DNA of 63,519 nt, filler included, from Chiloscyllium plagiosum (Eukaryota): NCBI RefSeq assembly GCF_004010195.1. It is 4 parts of one record of this genome, joined end to end, with 100 filler letters (N's around TTAATTAATTAA, not from the genome) between each part and the next. Parts side by side here need not be neighbours in the genome. Positions count along the whole stretch, not along the records: positions 22,219 to 39,794 come from NC_057710.1; positions 39,895 to 56,377 come from NC_057710.1; 2 more parts are not named here. The stretch is one strand, 5' to 3'. Under the pieces are notes generated by a model. The model saw nothing but the letters and a program-made list of their open reading frames with translations, had not been told where the DNA came from and made no database searches. Within the stretch, counting starts at the first letter, position 1; every line of letters starts with the position of its first letter. The translations under genes were made by a program, and so were the position numbers. This document shows, piece after piece, positions 38,290 through 50,447 of this stretch.

Positions 38290-38454
38290 ATGATAGAAGC
38301 ATTTGAAGGTGAGCTCCTACTAGGTGGGAATCATAGTGACAGTGTTCTTCTGTTGTGTTTATCTCCAAAGAAGTTGTACATATCAAAAGAGAAAAAATTA
38401 CTCCATCATGAAAACTAGCCTTCCTTCCATTGACTTAGACTCCACTTGGGTGAC

Positions 38455-38605
38455 AGTGAGGAGTGCAGATGCTGGAGATCAGAGTTGAGAGTGTGGCGCT
38501 GGAAAAGCACAGCAGGTCAGGCAGCATCTGAGGACCAGGGGAATTGACGTTTTGGGCAAAATTATTCCCGATGAAGGGCTTTTACCTGAAACGTCGATTC
38601 TCTTA
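38455..38605. mobile_element. PLE pLTR relic with inverted hammerhead remnants
   Basis: Minus family-A tail, then ccgatgaagggcttttacctgaaacgtcga on the plus strand. Confidence 0.7.
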
Positions 38606-38609
38606 CACT

Positions 38610-38956
38610 TCCAGTTGCCTTGGGAAAACAGCCAACATAATCAAAGACTCCTCCCACCCTGGTTATACTCTCTTCCACCCTCTTCTGTCAGGCAGAAGAT
38701 ACAAAAGTTTGAAAACATATACCAACAGGTTCAAGAACAGCCTCTTCCCTGCTGTTATCAAACTTATGAACTCACATATTACAGTTGATCTTTCTCTGCA
38801 CCGTCTCCATAGCAGTAGCACTATATTCTGCATTCTGTTCTATTACCCTGTTGTACTATGTGAGATAAGATTTGTCTGGTTAGCACACAAAACAATACTT
38901 TTCACTGTATCTCAGTGCATGTGATAATAATAAATCAAATCAAATCAAATCAAATC
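38610..38956 (+). mobile_element. Rex1/Babar LINE 3' end
   Basis: 'IIKDSSHPGYTLFHPLLSGRRY...TNRFKNSLFPAVI' with an (aaatc)n tail. Confidence 0.85.
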
Positions 38957-39614
38957 TTTCAAAAACATGTCACTTTTCTGAAAGGAATCTCCTGCTGCAT
39001 CCTTGACGAATAATTATGTGAATGTTTATTTTCTTCAAGACAGGTTGAAGCTAATTTTGAGATAAGGAAACGATAGTCACTATGAATCTATGAACTTATT
39101 TCACTAAACATTGCTGTCACAATAGTAGAAACATTGTCAAGGTTTTAAAAGAATTTAGTAGAAGAGGTAATGTTATGTAATGAGTCTGAGTCTACCATAT
39201 CTCTGAAAGCAGTGTTGCCAGAGAGCCTGGACTGTATAGTGTGGACTCTAATGCTACCTGAGGTCCCAGAATATCTCTTCCTACTTCAAAGCATGACCAC
39301 CTTTTGGTTCCAAATCAGACAATATCAATGCTCTTCAAAGTCTGAACCAACTGATGAGTGGTGCAAAAAATGAGGACATTTAACACAGTTAGTACAATAA
39401 GGGACTTAAAGTGCTGTAATATTCAAACTAGTGATAATCCCAAATGGAAGGAGATGTGCACCTGCAAGATTTCTCATACAGCTTGATATAGGTACAATTT
39501 GGAGTCAGATTGGCACCTTGCACTGGACTTATCCTGAGGCATGCAGGCTTGTTAGATCAGTATACAGTATGCAGTAGCATACGTGCAGAAAGCTGTACAC
39601 CTGTCATTGATAAT

Positions 39615-39794
39615 CACACACATACACACACAACACAACACGCACACAACACACACAACACAACACACACACAAGAAGTTCCATCCAACACACAAGACAC
39701 AACACACACATAACACACAACACAACACACACATAACACACAACAACACACACAACACACACACACAACACACAACATACACAAACACACACAC
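39615..39794. repeat. CA/CAA microsatellite running into a gap
   Basis: Seen directly. Confidence 0.95.
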
Positions 39795-39894
39795 NNNNNN
39801 NNNNNNNNNNNNNNNNNNNNNNNNNNNNNNNNNNNNNNTTAATTAATTAANNNNNNNNNNNNNNNNNNNNNNNNNNNNNNNNNNNNNNNNNNNN

Positions 39895-40180
39895 TGGGTG
39901 GTGTCCCGAACGTAGGTGGGGAGTTCTTGGACTAAGGGGGACAGGACCGTGTCGAGGTATGCAGAAATGAGTTCGGTGGGGCAGGAGCAGGCTGAGACAA
40001 TGGGTCGGCCGGGGCAGTCAGGTTTGTGGATTTTGGGCAAGGGGTAGAAACGGGTGGTGCGGGGTTGTGGGACTATGAGGTTGGAGGCGGTGGATGGGAG
40101 ATCCCTGAGGTGATTGTGGGACTATGAGGTTGGAGGCGGTGGATGGGAGATCCCCTGAGGTGATGAGGTTATGGATGGTG
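39895..40180 (-). mobile_element. Penelope RT fragment with an internal ~49-bp tandem duplication
   Basis: '[29 protein letters not shown]'; 40065-40113 repeated at 40114-40163. Confidence 0.9.
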
Positions 40181-40184
40181 ACAT

Positions 40185-41888
40185 CAGATAGCTTTGGCAA
40201 ATAGAGTTAATGAGAATCTAAAGAGGTTCTATAAGTACGTTAAGGGCAAAACAGTAACTGGGGAGAGAATAGGACCCCTTAAAGATAAATGTGGATAAAT
40301 GTGTGGAACCACAGGAGCTGGGTGAGCTGCTAAATGAAGGTTTCGTGTCAGTATTTACCGTGGAGAAGGACACTGAAGCTCGGGAACTTTGGGGCAATAA
40401 ATAGTAATGTCGTGAAAAGAATTCATATTACAGAAGAGGAGATGCTGGAGGTCTTAAAATACATAAAGGTAGATACATCCTTGGGACCTGAATAGGTTTC
40501 TCCCATAACTTTGTAGGGTGAAAGGGAAGAGATTGCTGGCCTCCTTGTTGAGATATTTGTATCATAAACAGCCACAGATGAGATGTTGGAAGGAAAATCC
40601 AGGTAACTATAGACCGGTGAGCCTTATGTCAGTGTGGGTAAGTTGTTGGAGGGAACCCTGAGGGACAGGATTTACATGCATTTGGAAAGACAAGGACTGA
40701 TTAGGGATAGTCAACATGGTTTTGTGCACAGGAAATTGTGTCTCACCAACTTGTTCCAGTTTCTTAAAGAGGATTGATGAAGGCAGAGTCAAAGGCGTTG
40801 TCCACATGGACTTTAACAAAGCGTTCGATAAGGCTCCACATGGTAAGGATAGATCACATGGTATCTAGGGGTAGCTAGCCAATTGGTTACAAAATTAGCT
40901 TGAAGGTAAGAGACAGAGGATGGTGGTAGAGGGTTGGCTTTTCAGACTGGAAGCTTGTGACCAGTGGGTGTGCCACAAGAATTGGCGTTGGGTCCACTGC
41001 TTTTCGTCATTTATGGTTTGGATGTGAACAAAGGAGGCAAAGTTAGTAAGTTTGTGGATGGAAATAAGTGGTGTAGTGGACAGGTTATATCAGAGTAAAC
41101 AGGACCTTGATCAGGTAGGCCAATAAACCAATGGAGTTCAATTTAGCTAAGTGTAAGGTATTGTAGTTTGGTAAGGCAAATCAGGACAAGACTCACACAG
41201 TTAATGGTAGGGCCCTGGGGAGAGTGTGGCGGAACAAAGAGCGGAGTTAGCGGACTGCCAGCTACATAGTCCTTGGAAGTGGAGTTGCAGGTAGACAATC
41301 TGTTTAAGAAGGCGCTTACCTTCGTTGGTCAGAGTATTGAGTACAGGAGTTGGGATGGCTGTACAGGATATTTTTTGAGGCCACCTTTAGAATATTTCAT
41401 ACAATTCTGGTTTCCCTTCTACAGGAAAGATGTTGCTAAACTTGAGAGGGTGGAGAAAAGATTTACAAGGATGTTGCTGGGTCTGCAGTGTTTGAGTTAG
41501 AGGGGAAGGCTGAATAGGCTGAGGCTGTGTTCCCTCGAGCGATGGAGGCAGAGGGTTGACCTTATAGAGGTTTATAAATCGTGAGGGGCATGGATAGGGT
41601 AAATGGACAAAGTCTTTTTCCCAGGGTGAGGAGTCCAAAACTAGAAAACGTAGGTTTAAGGTGAGAGGAAAAAGACTTAAAAAGGACCTGAGAGTAACTT
41701 TTCCACACAGAGGGTGGTATGTATGTGTAACGAGTTGCCAGGGGAAGTGGTGGTGGCTGATACAATTACAACATTTAAAGGGATGGGCCAAATAATGACA
41801 AATGGGGTTCGGTCAGATTGGGATGTCTGGTCGGAATGGATGAGTTGGATTGAAGAGGCTGCTTCTGTGCTGTATAACTCTATGATTC
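40185..41888 (+). mobile_element. Degenerate CR1 ORF2 and 3' end
   Basis: 'GNYRPVSL', 'MDFNKAFDK', 'RPPLEYFIQFW', tail ctctatgattc. Confidence 0.85.
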
Positions 41889-41889
41889 C

Positions 41890-44230
41890 ATCTGAGGTAA
41901 ATTCAGGGACTTCAGGCAGATATCTTCTGCTCCATGGAATAGAATGAAAGAGTACATCTGGGGTGGGAAGGGTCTTTGATTATGTTGGCTGCTTTCCTTA
42001 GTCAGCAAGAAGTATAGATGGAGTCGATGGAAGGAGAGCTGAATTTTGTGACGGACTGGGCTGTGTTCACAACTCTCTGTAATGTTGGGCAGAGCAGTTG
42101 AAAAATGTGTTGCTGGAAAAGCGCAGCAGGTCAGGCAGCATCCAAGGAGCAGGAGAATCGACGTTTCGGGCACAAGCCCTGAAGAAGGGCTCATACGTGA
42201 CCTGACCTGCTGTGCTTTTCCAGCAACACATTTTTCAGCCCTGATCTCCAGCATCTGCAGTCCTCACTTTCTCCTGGGCAGAGCAGTTGCCATTCTCAGC
42301 TGTGATGCATCTGAGTAGGATGCTCTTTGTGTGCATCTATTAAAAATGATAAGAATCATTGTGGACGTGCCAAATTTTCTTAGCTTTCCGGGGAAGTAGA
42401 GGCGTTGGCATGCCCTCTTCAATTTGGTGTTGATGTTGATTGTTCGTGATATTTACTCCTACAAACTTTGAAGTTCTCAACCACCTCCACATCAGAACCA
42501 TTGATATAGACAGGGGCACGCCCTTCACACCCCTTTCTGAAGTTGATGACCAACTCCTTTGTTTTGCTGAGAGTGAGGAAGAGATTGTTGTCTTTACACT
42601 GTGCCACTAAGCTCTCTATCTCTTTCCTGCACTCTGTCTCATCATTGTTTGAGATCCAACCCACTACAGTAGTGTAGTCGGAAAGTTTGTCAATGGAGTT
42701 AGAGCTGAATTTGGACACACAGTCATGAGTGTAGATGAAGGACAGTAAGGGGACTGTGTAGACAGCCTTGCAGGGCATCAGTGTTGAGGAGATATTGTTG
42801 CCTATTATTACTGATCGCAGTCTGTGAGTCATGAAGTCAAGGATCCAATTGCCAGAGGGTGGAGCAATGACCTAGGTCTCGGAGTTTGGAGATGGGTTTG
42901 GTTAGAATTATGATGTTAAGGTTGGAGGTAAAGTTAATAAATAGGAATCTGGTGTATCCAAATGTTTCAGAGATGGTCGGTGGATTGTAGTGGATTAAGG
43001 CAAACTGGGGGCTGGAGTCAATGTGTGCCATTACCAACCTCTTGAAGCAGTGTCAGAGCCACCAGGCAGTCATCATTAAGGCATGTCGCCTAATTTTTCT
43101 TGGACATGGAATGATAGTGGTCTTCCTGAAGCAGGTGGGAACCTGACATCTAGTAGGGAGAGGTTCAGGATATCTACAAATACTCCCCCAAGTTGGTCCA
43201 CGCAGGTTCTGAGTATATCGCTGGGGACTCCATCCGGGCCGTTGCTTTCTGTGGGTTCACCCTCAAGAAGGCCAATCTGACATCTGCAACGGTCTGTGGG
43301 TACAGGTGTATTCGAGGCTGTTGGGGCAGGAGACATCATTTCACTAATGCATTGTTATCTACTCGACTTGCTTTTGTAGCCCATTATATTGTGTAAGCCT
43401 TGCCACAGTCGACCTGTGTTTTTGTGGTTTGTCTGGGAATCTAGTTGAGCCTGGTATTGTCTCTTGGTGTCCCTAATGGCTTTGTGAAGGTCATATCTAG
43501 ATTTCCTATCAAGGTCAGGGTCACCTAACTTGAACACCTGAGACCTGGACTCAGTAGGGAGTTGATCATCCGGTTCATCCATGGTTTTCGATTGGGGAAC
43601 ACTTGGAGTAACTTCTTTGGCACACAGTCCGCCACACACTTACTGATGAAGACTGTAATGGTAGTGACGCACTCATTTAGGGTGCTCCCTGAGTTCTCGA
43701 ATATGGACTGGTCTACTGTTCATCAATTACCTCAGATCAGCTCTGTATGACTTTCTCTACTGGATTCTCTTGTTTCAGTTTCTGCTTGTAAGCCAGGAGA
43801 AGGAGAATGCCCTTTTGGTCTTATTTACCAAAATGCGGATGGGGGAATGGTAAGCTATGACAAACATGGCTTTCAGGTATCTGTTGGCTATTTGTAGCGG
43901 TGTATATTTCACCAAGTGTGCTCTTCACTTCCGCATGGGTGGGGTGTAAGCTGCTGTCAGGATAGCAGAAGTAAAGCCCCATGGCAAGTAGGATGGACAG
44001 CACTTCACGGTTAGATATTCTAGGTCCAGGGAGCAATAAATCAGCAGAGTTGTCATGTCTGAGCAGCAAGAGGTTTTGATCTGGAGGCAGACCCCTCTGA
44101 GAACACTGTGCAATCCATCCAGTGGATTGAGAAATCCTCACATTCTAACAGTCAGGTGGAGCAGGAGTGAGCCATGTCTCTGTAAAATAGGGGCACTCAG
44201 CAGTCTCTCAATTTTCTTAGGTATTTCAGT
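41890..44230 (-). mobile_element. Degenerate Rex1/Babar LINE
   Basis: 'GPDGVP..ILRTCVDQL..VF.DI.NLSL', 'YTHDCV...TTVVG.ISNNDE..RKEI..L...C.DNNL.L..SKTKELVINFRK'. Confidence 0.85.
42101..42274. mobile_element. Short hairpin PLE-derived insertion with 15-bp TSD
   Basis: tgggcagagcagttg at 42086-42100 and 42275-42289; inverted arms around hammerhead half-cores. Confidence 0.9.
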
Positions 44231-45580
44231 CTAGGTAGGTGTTACATAAATGCAAGGTTATTCTTTCTTTTTAATGACCATGTTGATTTTTCGAACTGTC
44301 ATTATCTTTACTGAATAGCTGGTAGTGTATAAAAAATTAATTATTCCTCTGATCTGTTTGCTATTCTCTACAAATGCATCTCTCAAGTTAAGATCCCCTC
44401 AAGAGCTCAAGATCACTGGCAACTCAGGGTCACATCTACTGCAATATTAGCAGGGCCATCAGTGAGAGGTGAGCTTTGGCAGTCACACAACTGATCAGCT
44501 GAACCTATTGGAGATTCATGTCAAAGTATAGCTAAAAGCAAAGTCATGGGCAGCACTGTGAAATTGTGATTTGACCCACCAGCAGTACACAATTTGTGGG
44601 AACTTCATGTCTTGGATCAAGGCACCTCAAAAACATGAATAAGATAAGTAGATGACTGGTAAAGTTAGATGGCAGTAGGCCAAGAAAGCAATTATGATGA
44701 TGCCATAAACTCTGAGAGAGTATCTTAAGATGTTTTCTGAGTGCTAACGGCACTATGGAATGTAACTTCAAAATTAAAATCACTGCCCAAGAATGTTGTA
44801 TTTCATAGAAGATTTGGCTGTTTGTTTTGAAGTAAAGCTGAATTTAGTAACTTTTACCATCATTTACAGGTAAGTGTACAAAGTAGAATAAAGTGGAGTA
44901 AAGGTCATTATTACCTTTGGGATTTCGCTGGATGATGTTAACACTTTAGTTTTTTATCTCAGATCACAGGAAAACACATGATAAAATGACAAAATCCTTT
45001 CCTGCTTTGACTTGGTGCATTACTGAAGTTTTTATCGATTTTAAATGTCTTGTGTATCCATAATGAGGCCAAAATCCTGTTTGGGACTGATTTATCTTGT
45101 AGTATGGAAATCTGCAGCAGTCCAATTCCTCTCCCTCTGGGTTAGAGTCAACATTTCAAACTTTGGCACATTCCGCAGTCTTTGAAATAATCTTTCAAGG
45201 TTTTGACCAGTTCAGTTCTGAAATAGCTTTGACTTATTCAAAGCACATTTATTCATTCTTGTTCCCAAGAAAATCCTGCAGATGACTGAACTACAAATAG
45301 CTAACATTCACATTTGATACTCTTTTATTTGTGGTCGGGTTTATCGTTAGGTTTGGAAGAACGTTAGAATAAACCTCAACTCAACTAAGCCGTGTTACAA
45401 ATGTTCTGAGCCCTGTGATTCATAGCTAATAATAATGTTCAACTGACGTGTTTAATGCAGAGCTTGATTATGTGCTTAGTAGTAGATTTGAGTAGATAAG
45501 TAGGCAAATAAATTAATTTGTGTTCCAAGGACAAGAATCTTCCTTGTTATTTGGAGATGCTATGTTGGGAAACATCTTGT

Positions 45581-45892
45581 GGGCGGCACGGTGGCACAGT
45601 GGTTAGCACTGCTGCCTCACAGCGCCTGAGACCCGGGTTCAATTCCCGCCTCAGGCGACTGACTGTGTGGAGTTTGCACGTTCTCTCCATGTCTGCGTGG
45701 GTTTCCTCCGGGTGCTCCGGTTTCCTCCCACAGTCCAAAGATGGGCAGGTCAGGTGAATTGGCCATACTAAATTGCCCATAGTGTTAGGTAAGGGGTAAA
45801 TGTAGGGGTATGGGTGGGTTGCGCTTCGGCGGGGCAGTGTGGACTTGTTGGGCCGAAGGGCCTGTTTCCACACTGTAAGTAATCTAATCTAA
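45581..45892 (+). mobile_element. HE1-like SINE, young full-length copy
   Basis: gggcggcacggtggcacagtggttagc head through an aatctaatct tail. Confidence 0.9.
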
Positions 45893-45992
45893 ATAACGCA
45901 GGATGAAATGTTGGCATTCTGACTGTTATTTGACCTAATCTCAGAAGCAGGGGACAATGTTTTACGATCAAGTTTGCCTTCCTCTGTTCTAG

Positions 45993-46166
45993 TGGCTTCC
46001 CTGATGAGGAACTTGCTTGCACATTTTGGAAGCGTTCCACGGGAAACGTTGGCAGACCGTGAATGTGGATTTGTTTCACAGCCACTCCTGAAGCAGCGGA
46101 CACTAACAAACCAGATGAAAGGCTGGATCTACTCTGCCTTTGTTGATTATAAAATTAACGAAATAG
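45993..46166 (+). CDS. Candidate internal exon (174 bp, phase 1-1), product unknown
   Basis: Acceptor ttgccttcctctgttctag, donor AG|gtttgt, open frame 'ASLMRNLLAHFGSVPRE...KGWIYSAFVDYKINEI'; no homology recognised. Confidence 0.2.
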
Positions 46167-46486
46167 GTTTGTTCAGGCATGAGTCCATGTTCACAGATCT
46201 GACTGGTTCAAAACAAATTGGCAATCTTGCTCAGAAATACTTTACAGACTGCTTCTAATTGAGGTGGAAAATATGCAGAAGGGCAGTAGCAATCTCCTTT
46301 TTGAAGCAAATTATTGGGGTAAAGTAGAAACAGATTTACAGTAATTTGTGATTATAATGGGTCTGTCAGCTTTTTGCCTTAGAAAAGAAGGTCCTTCTTC
46401 AGCATGGTCTCAGGTGGCCCTCGCTCAGGTTGCTGCAAGGTCATAACCTCTTACGTTCTCTAGGTTACTACTCCAGGGCATACAAA

Positions 46487-47530
46487 TAGAGTCATAGAGT
46501 CATAGAGATGTACAGCATGGAAACAGACCCTTCGGTCCAACTCATCCATACCGACCAGATATCCCAACCCGATCTAGTCCCACCTGCCAGCACTCGGCCC
46601 ATATCCTTCCAAACCCTTTCTATTCATATACACATCCAAATGCCTCTTAAATGTTGCAATTGTACCAGCCTNNNNNNNNNNNNNNNNNNNNNNNNNNNNN
46701 NNNNNNNNNNNNNNNNNNNNNNNNNNNNNNNNNNNNNNNNNNNNNNNNNNNNNNNNNNNNNNNNNNNNNNNNNNNNNNNNNNNNNNNNNNNNNNNNNNNN
46801 NNNNNNNNNNNNNNNNNNNNNNNNNNNNNNNNNNNNNNNNNNNNNNNNNNNNNNNNNNNNNNNNNNNNNNNNNNNNNNNNNNNNNNNNNNNNNNNNNNNN
46901 NNNNNNNNNNNNNNNNNNNNNNNNNNNNNNNNNNNNNNNNNNNNNNNNNNNNNNNNNNNNNNNNNNNNNNNNNNNNNNNNNNNNNNNNNNATCACCTTCT
47001 GTGTGAAAAAGTTGCCCCTTTGGTCTCTTTTATATCTTTCCCCATCTCACCCTAAACCTATGCCCTCTAGTTCTGGACTTCCCGACCCCAGGGAAAAGAC
47101 TTTGCCTATTTACCCTATCCATGCCCCTCATAATTTTGTAAACCTCTATAAGGTCACCCCTCAGCCTCCGACGCTCCAAGGAAAACAGCCCGAGCCAATT
47201 CAGTCTCTCCCTATAGCTCAAATCCTCCAACCCAGGCAACATCCTTGTAAATCTTTTCTTAACCCTTTCAAGTTTCACAACATCTTTCCAATAGGAAGGA
47301 GACTAGAATTGCATGCAATATTCCAACAGTGGCCTAATCCTGCACAGCTGCAACATGACCTCCCAACTCCTATACTCAATACTCTGACCAATATAGGAAA
47401 GCATACCAAGTGCCTTCTTCACTATCCTATCTACCTGCGACTCCACTTTCAAGGAGCTATGAACCGGCACTCCAAGGTCTCCTTGTTCAGCAACACTCCC
47501 TAGGACCTTACCATTAAGTGTATAAGTCCT
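46487..47530 (-). mobile_element. CR1 (HER1-type) 3' part spanning a gap
   Basis: 'LERVKKRFTRMLPGL...LERRRLRGDLIEVYKIMRG'. Confidence 0.9.
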
Positions 47531-47536
47531 ATATTC

Positions 47537-47668
47537 GGAGAAAGTGAGGACTGCAGATACTGGAGATCAGAGTTGAGAGTGTGGCGCTGGAAAAGCACAG
47601 CAGGTCAGGCAGCATCCCAAGGAGCAGGGCAATTGACGTTTCGGGCATAAGCTCTTCATCAGGAATTC
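47537..47668 (-). mobile_element. Short PLE pLTR with family-A hammerhead core
   Basis: Minus ttcCTGATGAagagcttatgcccGAAACGTC. Confidence 0.8.
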
Positions 47669-48964
47669 TCTCTATTCATGGCACAACAGAGCAGTTCAGC
47701 ACATGTGTGAGTGCACACCTTTTCCCCTTTAATAAAGTGGTTATATGAAATAAAATGCTTTTCCTCTGGAGTTTTCAGTTAACGTTTAGTTAGCATGAAT
47801 TCAATGGATAGGTTTGATGATCAGCTGCTACTGAACAAGTTAGTTTTATTTTTAATAGTGTTCAATTCTGTGCATTGCCTTTGAAATATAGATATAGGGT
47901 AAATTTACAAATCTTTGGAAAAAAAAGAGTAATTTTGGAGAGATGTGTAGCATTACAAAAACAATATGCTCTTCTTTTATAACTCATTTATTATGATTCA
48001 ATAACAGAAAGTTTGCTGGATAAGTATTCACTTAATGATGTAAAGTGGTCTTATGTGCTATAAATTCATGTACAATTTATGGAAGTCCATGACTACAGTA
48101 TTGCAACGTTTGCCCCAATGGAATTGATTTTTCAACTTACAATGAAATCAGTGTATCCTGAGCTGCTCTTGAGCGAGGGCAGCTTGAGACCTCAGGTTGA
48201 AACAATACCCTCTTCTCCTTCAGCACATAGCAAGAAGCTCAGTCATCAGTGGGAGATGGGCTGATTTGGGAATAAACAAGGAAGGTAATTGAAATCAAAC
48301 AGATGTTGTGATTTCTATGAGGTGATTAAACTTGAACAGTGTGGATACTATGACTGTTTCAGACAAAAATAAAATATGCTCATTAATCAAAGATGTCAGT
48401 ACGACTTATCAGCTATTTCTCATCAAATGTGCTTGCTTCCAAAATCCAAATGGAAGGGCATTTTGAGAGTCACAGAAAGCACAAGGAAACACCACCTCAC
48501 CGCTGATCAAGTTAGGATGTATCTAAAGGTGCCTGATGTCCACTCATTTCGAAACAGCAATGACTGATGACTAAGTGCAGAATGATTGGAAAATGTCCAA
48601 TACAAGGAAATTCCCTGATTCAGCCGATCCTCTGCACTTTAAAGAGCTTGCTAAACACATCATCACTCTGGGAAGGCAGGGCAGGGGAGAGATGCTACAC
48701 ATCCTAGAACGAGATGGGAGGTGGCCGAATACATACCCAGCTGGGCCACCTCAGCTCCCTGGGCCTTCTTCCCAGTTGTATAGAAAACAGTTGGCCCTCA
48801 CCACTCACTTACTGTCATGCTTCCACAAATTCTCAATGCTGCTACCATGACAGGCTGATAACCCCTAGCTCAGCAGCAAGCCATGCCCCTGCAGATTAGG
48901 TCACAAATTGCAGACACATTTTATATTTTCCATTTAGAAAGACAAAAAAGGAAAGAGGTCAGAA

Positions 48965-49235
48965 GAGCTGACACCTAGTGGTATTATCATCAGATTATTG
49001 ATCCAGAGACCCAGGTAATGGTTTCGCAACCCTGGTTCAAATCCCACCAGGGCTGTCTATAGGATTTGAATTCAATAAGAAAAATTTGGAATTGAGTCTA
49101 ATGATGACTGTGAATTCATTACCAATTGTAGGGAAAACCCCACTTGGCTCACGAATGTCCTTTATGGAAGGAAACTGCCATTCTTAACTGGTCTGACCTC
49201 CATATGAATCCAGACCAACAGCAATGCCCTCTTCA
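48965..49235 (+). mobile_element. SacSINE1/DeuSINE-like tRNA head and central domain
   Basis: ctagtggtatt...ccagagacccagg...ggttcaaatccc (B box), then aatgtccttt..gaaggaaactgcc..cttaactggtctg; recalled resemblance to SacSINE1. Confidence 0.7.
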
Positions 49236-49269
49236 CTATCCTCGGAAATGGCCACACCAGCTTCTTAGC

Positions 49270-50430
49270 TGTAACAATCACCAAGGAAATGGCCTAGCCC
49301 CTTGGCATCAACCTCGGCACTGAAGGCAAATACAGCAGAAACAGCCCTGCAAAGTTCTCCTTACTAACATCTGAGGGCTAGCGCCAAAACTGATGGAGCT
49401 GTCTCACACTCTCATCAAGTAGCAGCCTGACATAGTCATATTTTCAGAATCCTACCTGACAGACAATGTCCCAGACACCACCATCACCATCCTGTGTGTC
49501 CTGTCTCACTGGTTGGACAGACCCAGCAAAGGTGGCAGAACATTGGTAAATAGTCAGGAGGGAGTTACCCTGGGAGTCCTCAACATTGACTCTGAACCCC
49601 TTGAAGTCTCATGGCTTCAGACTGTTCCTCAGATGCTACCTGATCGACTGTGTTTTTCCAGCACCACACTTTTGACTCTGACCAGCTGGGCAGCATGGTG
49701 GCTCAGTGGTTAGCACTGCTGCCTCACAGCACCAGGGTCCCAGGTTTGATTCCAGCCTCGGGTGACTGTCTGTGTGGAGTTTGCACATTCTCCGCGTGTC
49801 TGCGTAGGCTCCAGTGTTCCAGTTTCCTTCCACAGTCCGGAGATGTGCAGGTTAGGTGAATTGGCCACGCTAAATTGCCCGTAGTGTTAGATGCAGAGGG
49901 AAATGGGTCTGGGTGGGTTACTCTTTGGACTTGTCGGGCCGAATGGCCTGTTTCCACACCGTAGGTAATCTAATAATCTGCAGTCTTCATTTTCTCCAAG
50001 GAAACCTCCTGCTGATTACTACATACCTTCCTCCCTTGCACTGTCCCATGATGAACAACACTTGGACATGGCAGTGAAGGTGACAAGGGCAAAATCTCTC
50101 CACCCCCAAGTGTGGCTCGGCAGCAGTATTACTGACGGGACCTATCGGGTCCTAAAGGACATAGCTGCTAGGCTGGGTCTGTGGCAGGTGGTGAGGGAAC
50201 CAACAAGAGGGAAAAACAGACTTGATCTCATCCTTACCAATCAGCGAGCTGCAGAGGCATCTGTCCATGGTAGTATCAGTAAGAGGGACTACAGCACAAA
50301 GTCCTGCCATCACATTGAGAGTAAGCTCCATCTGTCATGTGGCATTATCACTGTACCAAATGGGACAGGCTTTGTACAGATGTAGCAACTCAAGACTAGG
50401 CACCCATGAGGCACTTTGGGCTAACAGTAG
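49270..50430 (+). mobile_element. 5' endonuclease region of the second CR1-superfamily LINE, with nested pLTR and HE1 SINE
   Basis: ccctgcaaagttctccttactaacatc as at 24563; 'QVVREPTRGKNRLDLILTN'. Confidence 0.8.
49688..49975 (+). mobile_element. HE1-like SINE inside a pLTR fragment
   Basis: pLTR text stops at ~49686 and resumes at ~49976. Confidence 0.8.
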
Positions 50431-50447
50431 AATCAACTACTATAAAG

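Noticed and set aside
39552..39846. Cys/Val- and His/Thr-rich ORFs
   Set aside because: Translations of a CA microsatellite.
45581..45660. tRNA-like sequence (also in other HE1 heads)
   Set aside because: Continues into the SINE body and CR1-type tail; not a tRNA gene.
46508..47503. 331-aa ORF
   Set aside because: Antisense to a CR1 and spans an N gap.
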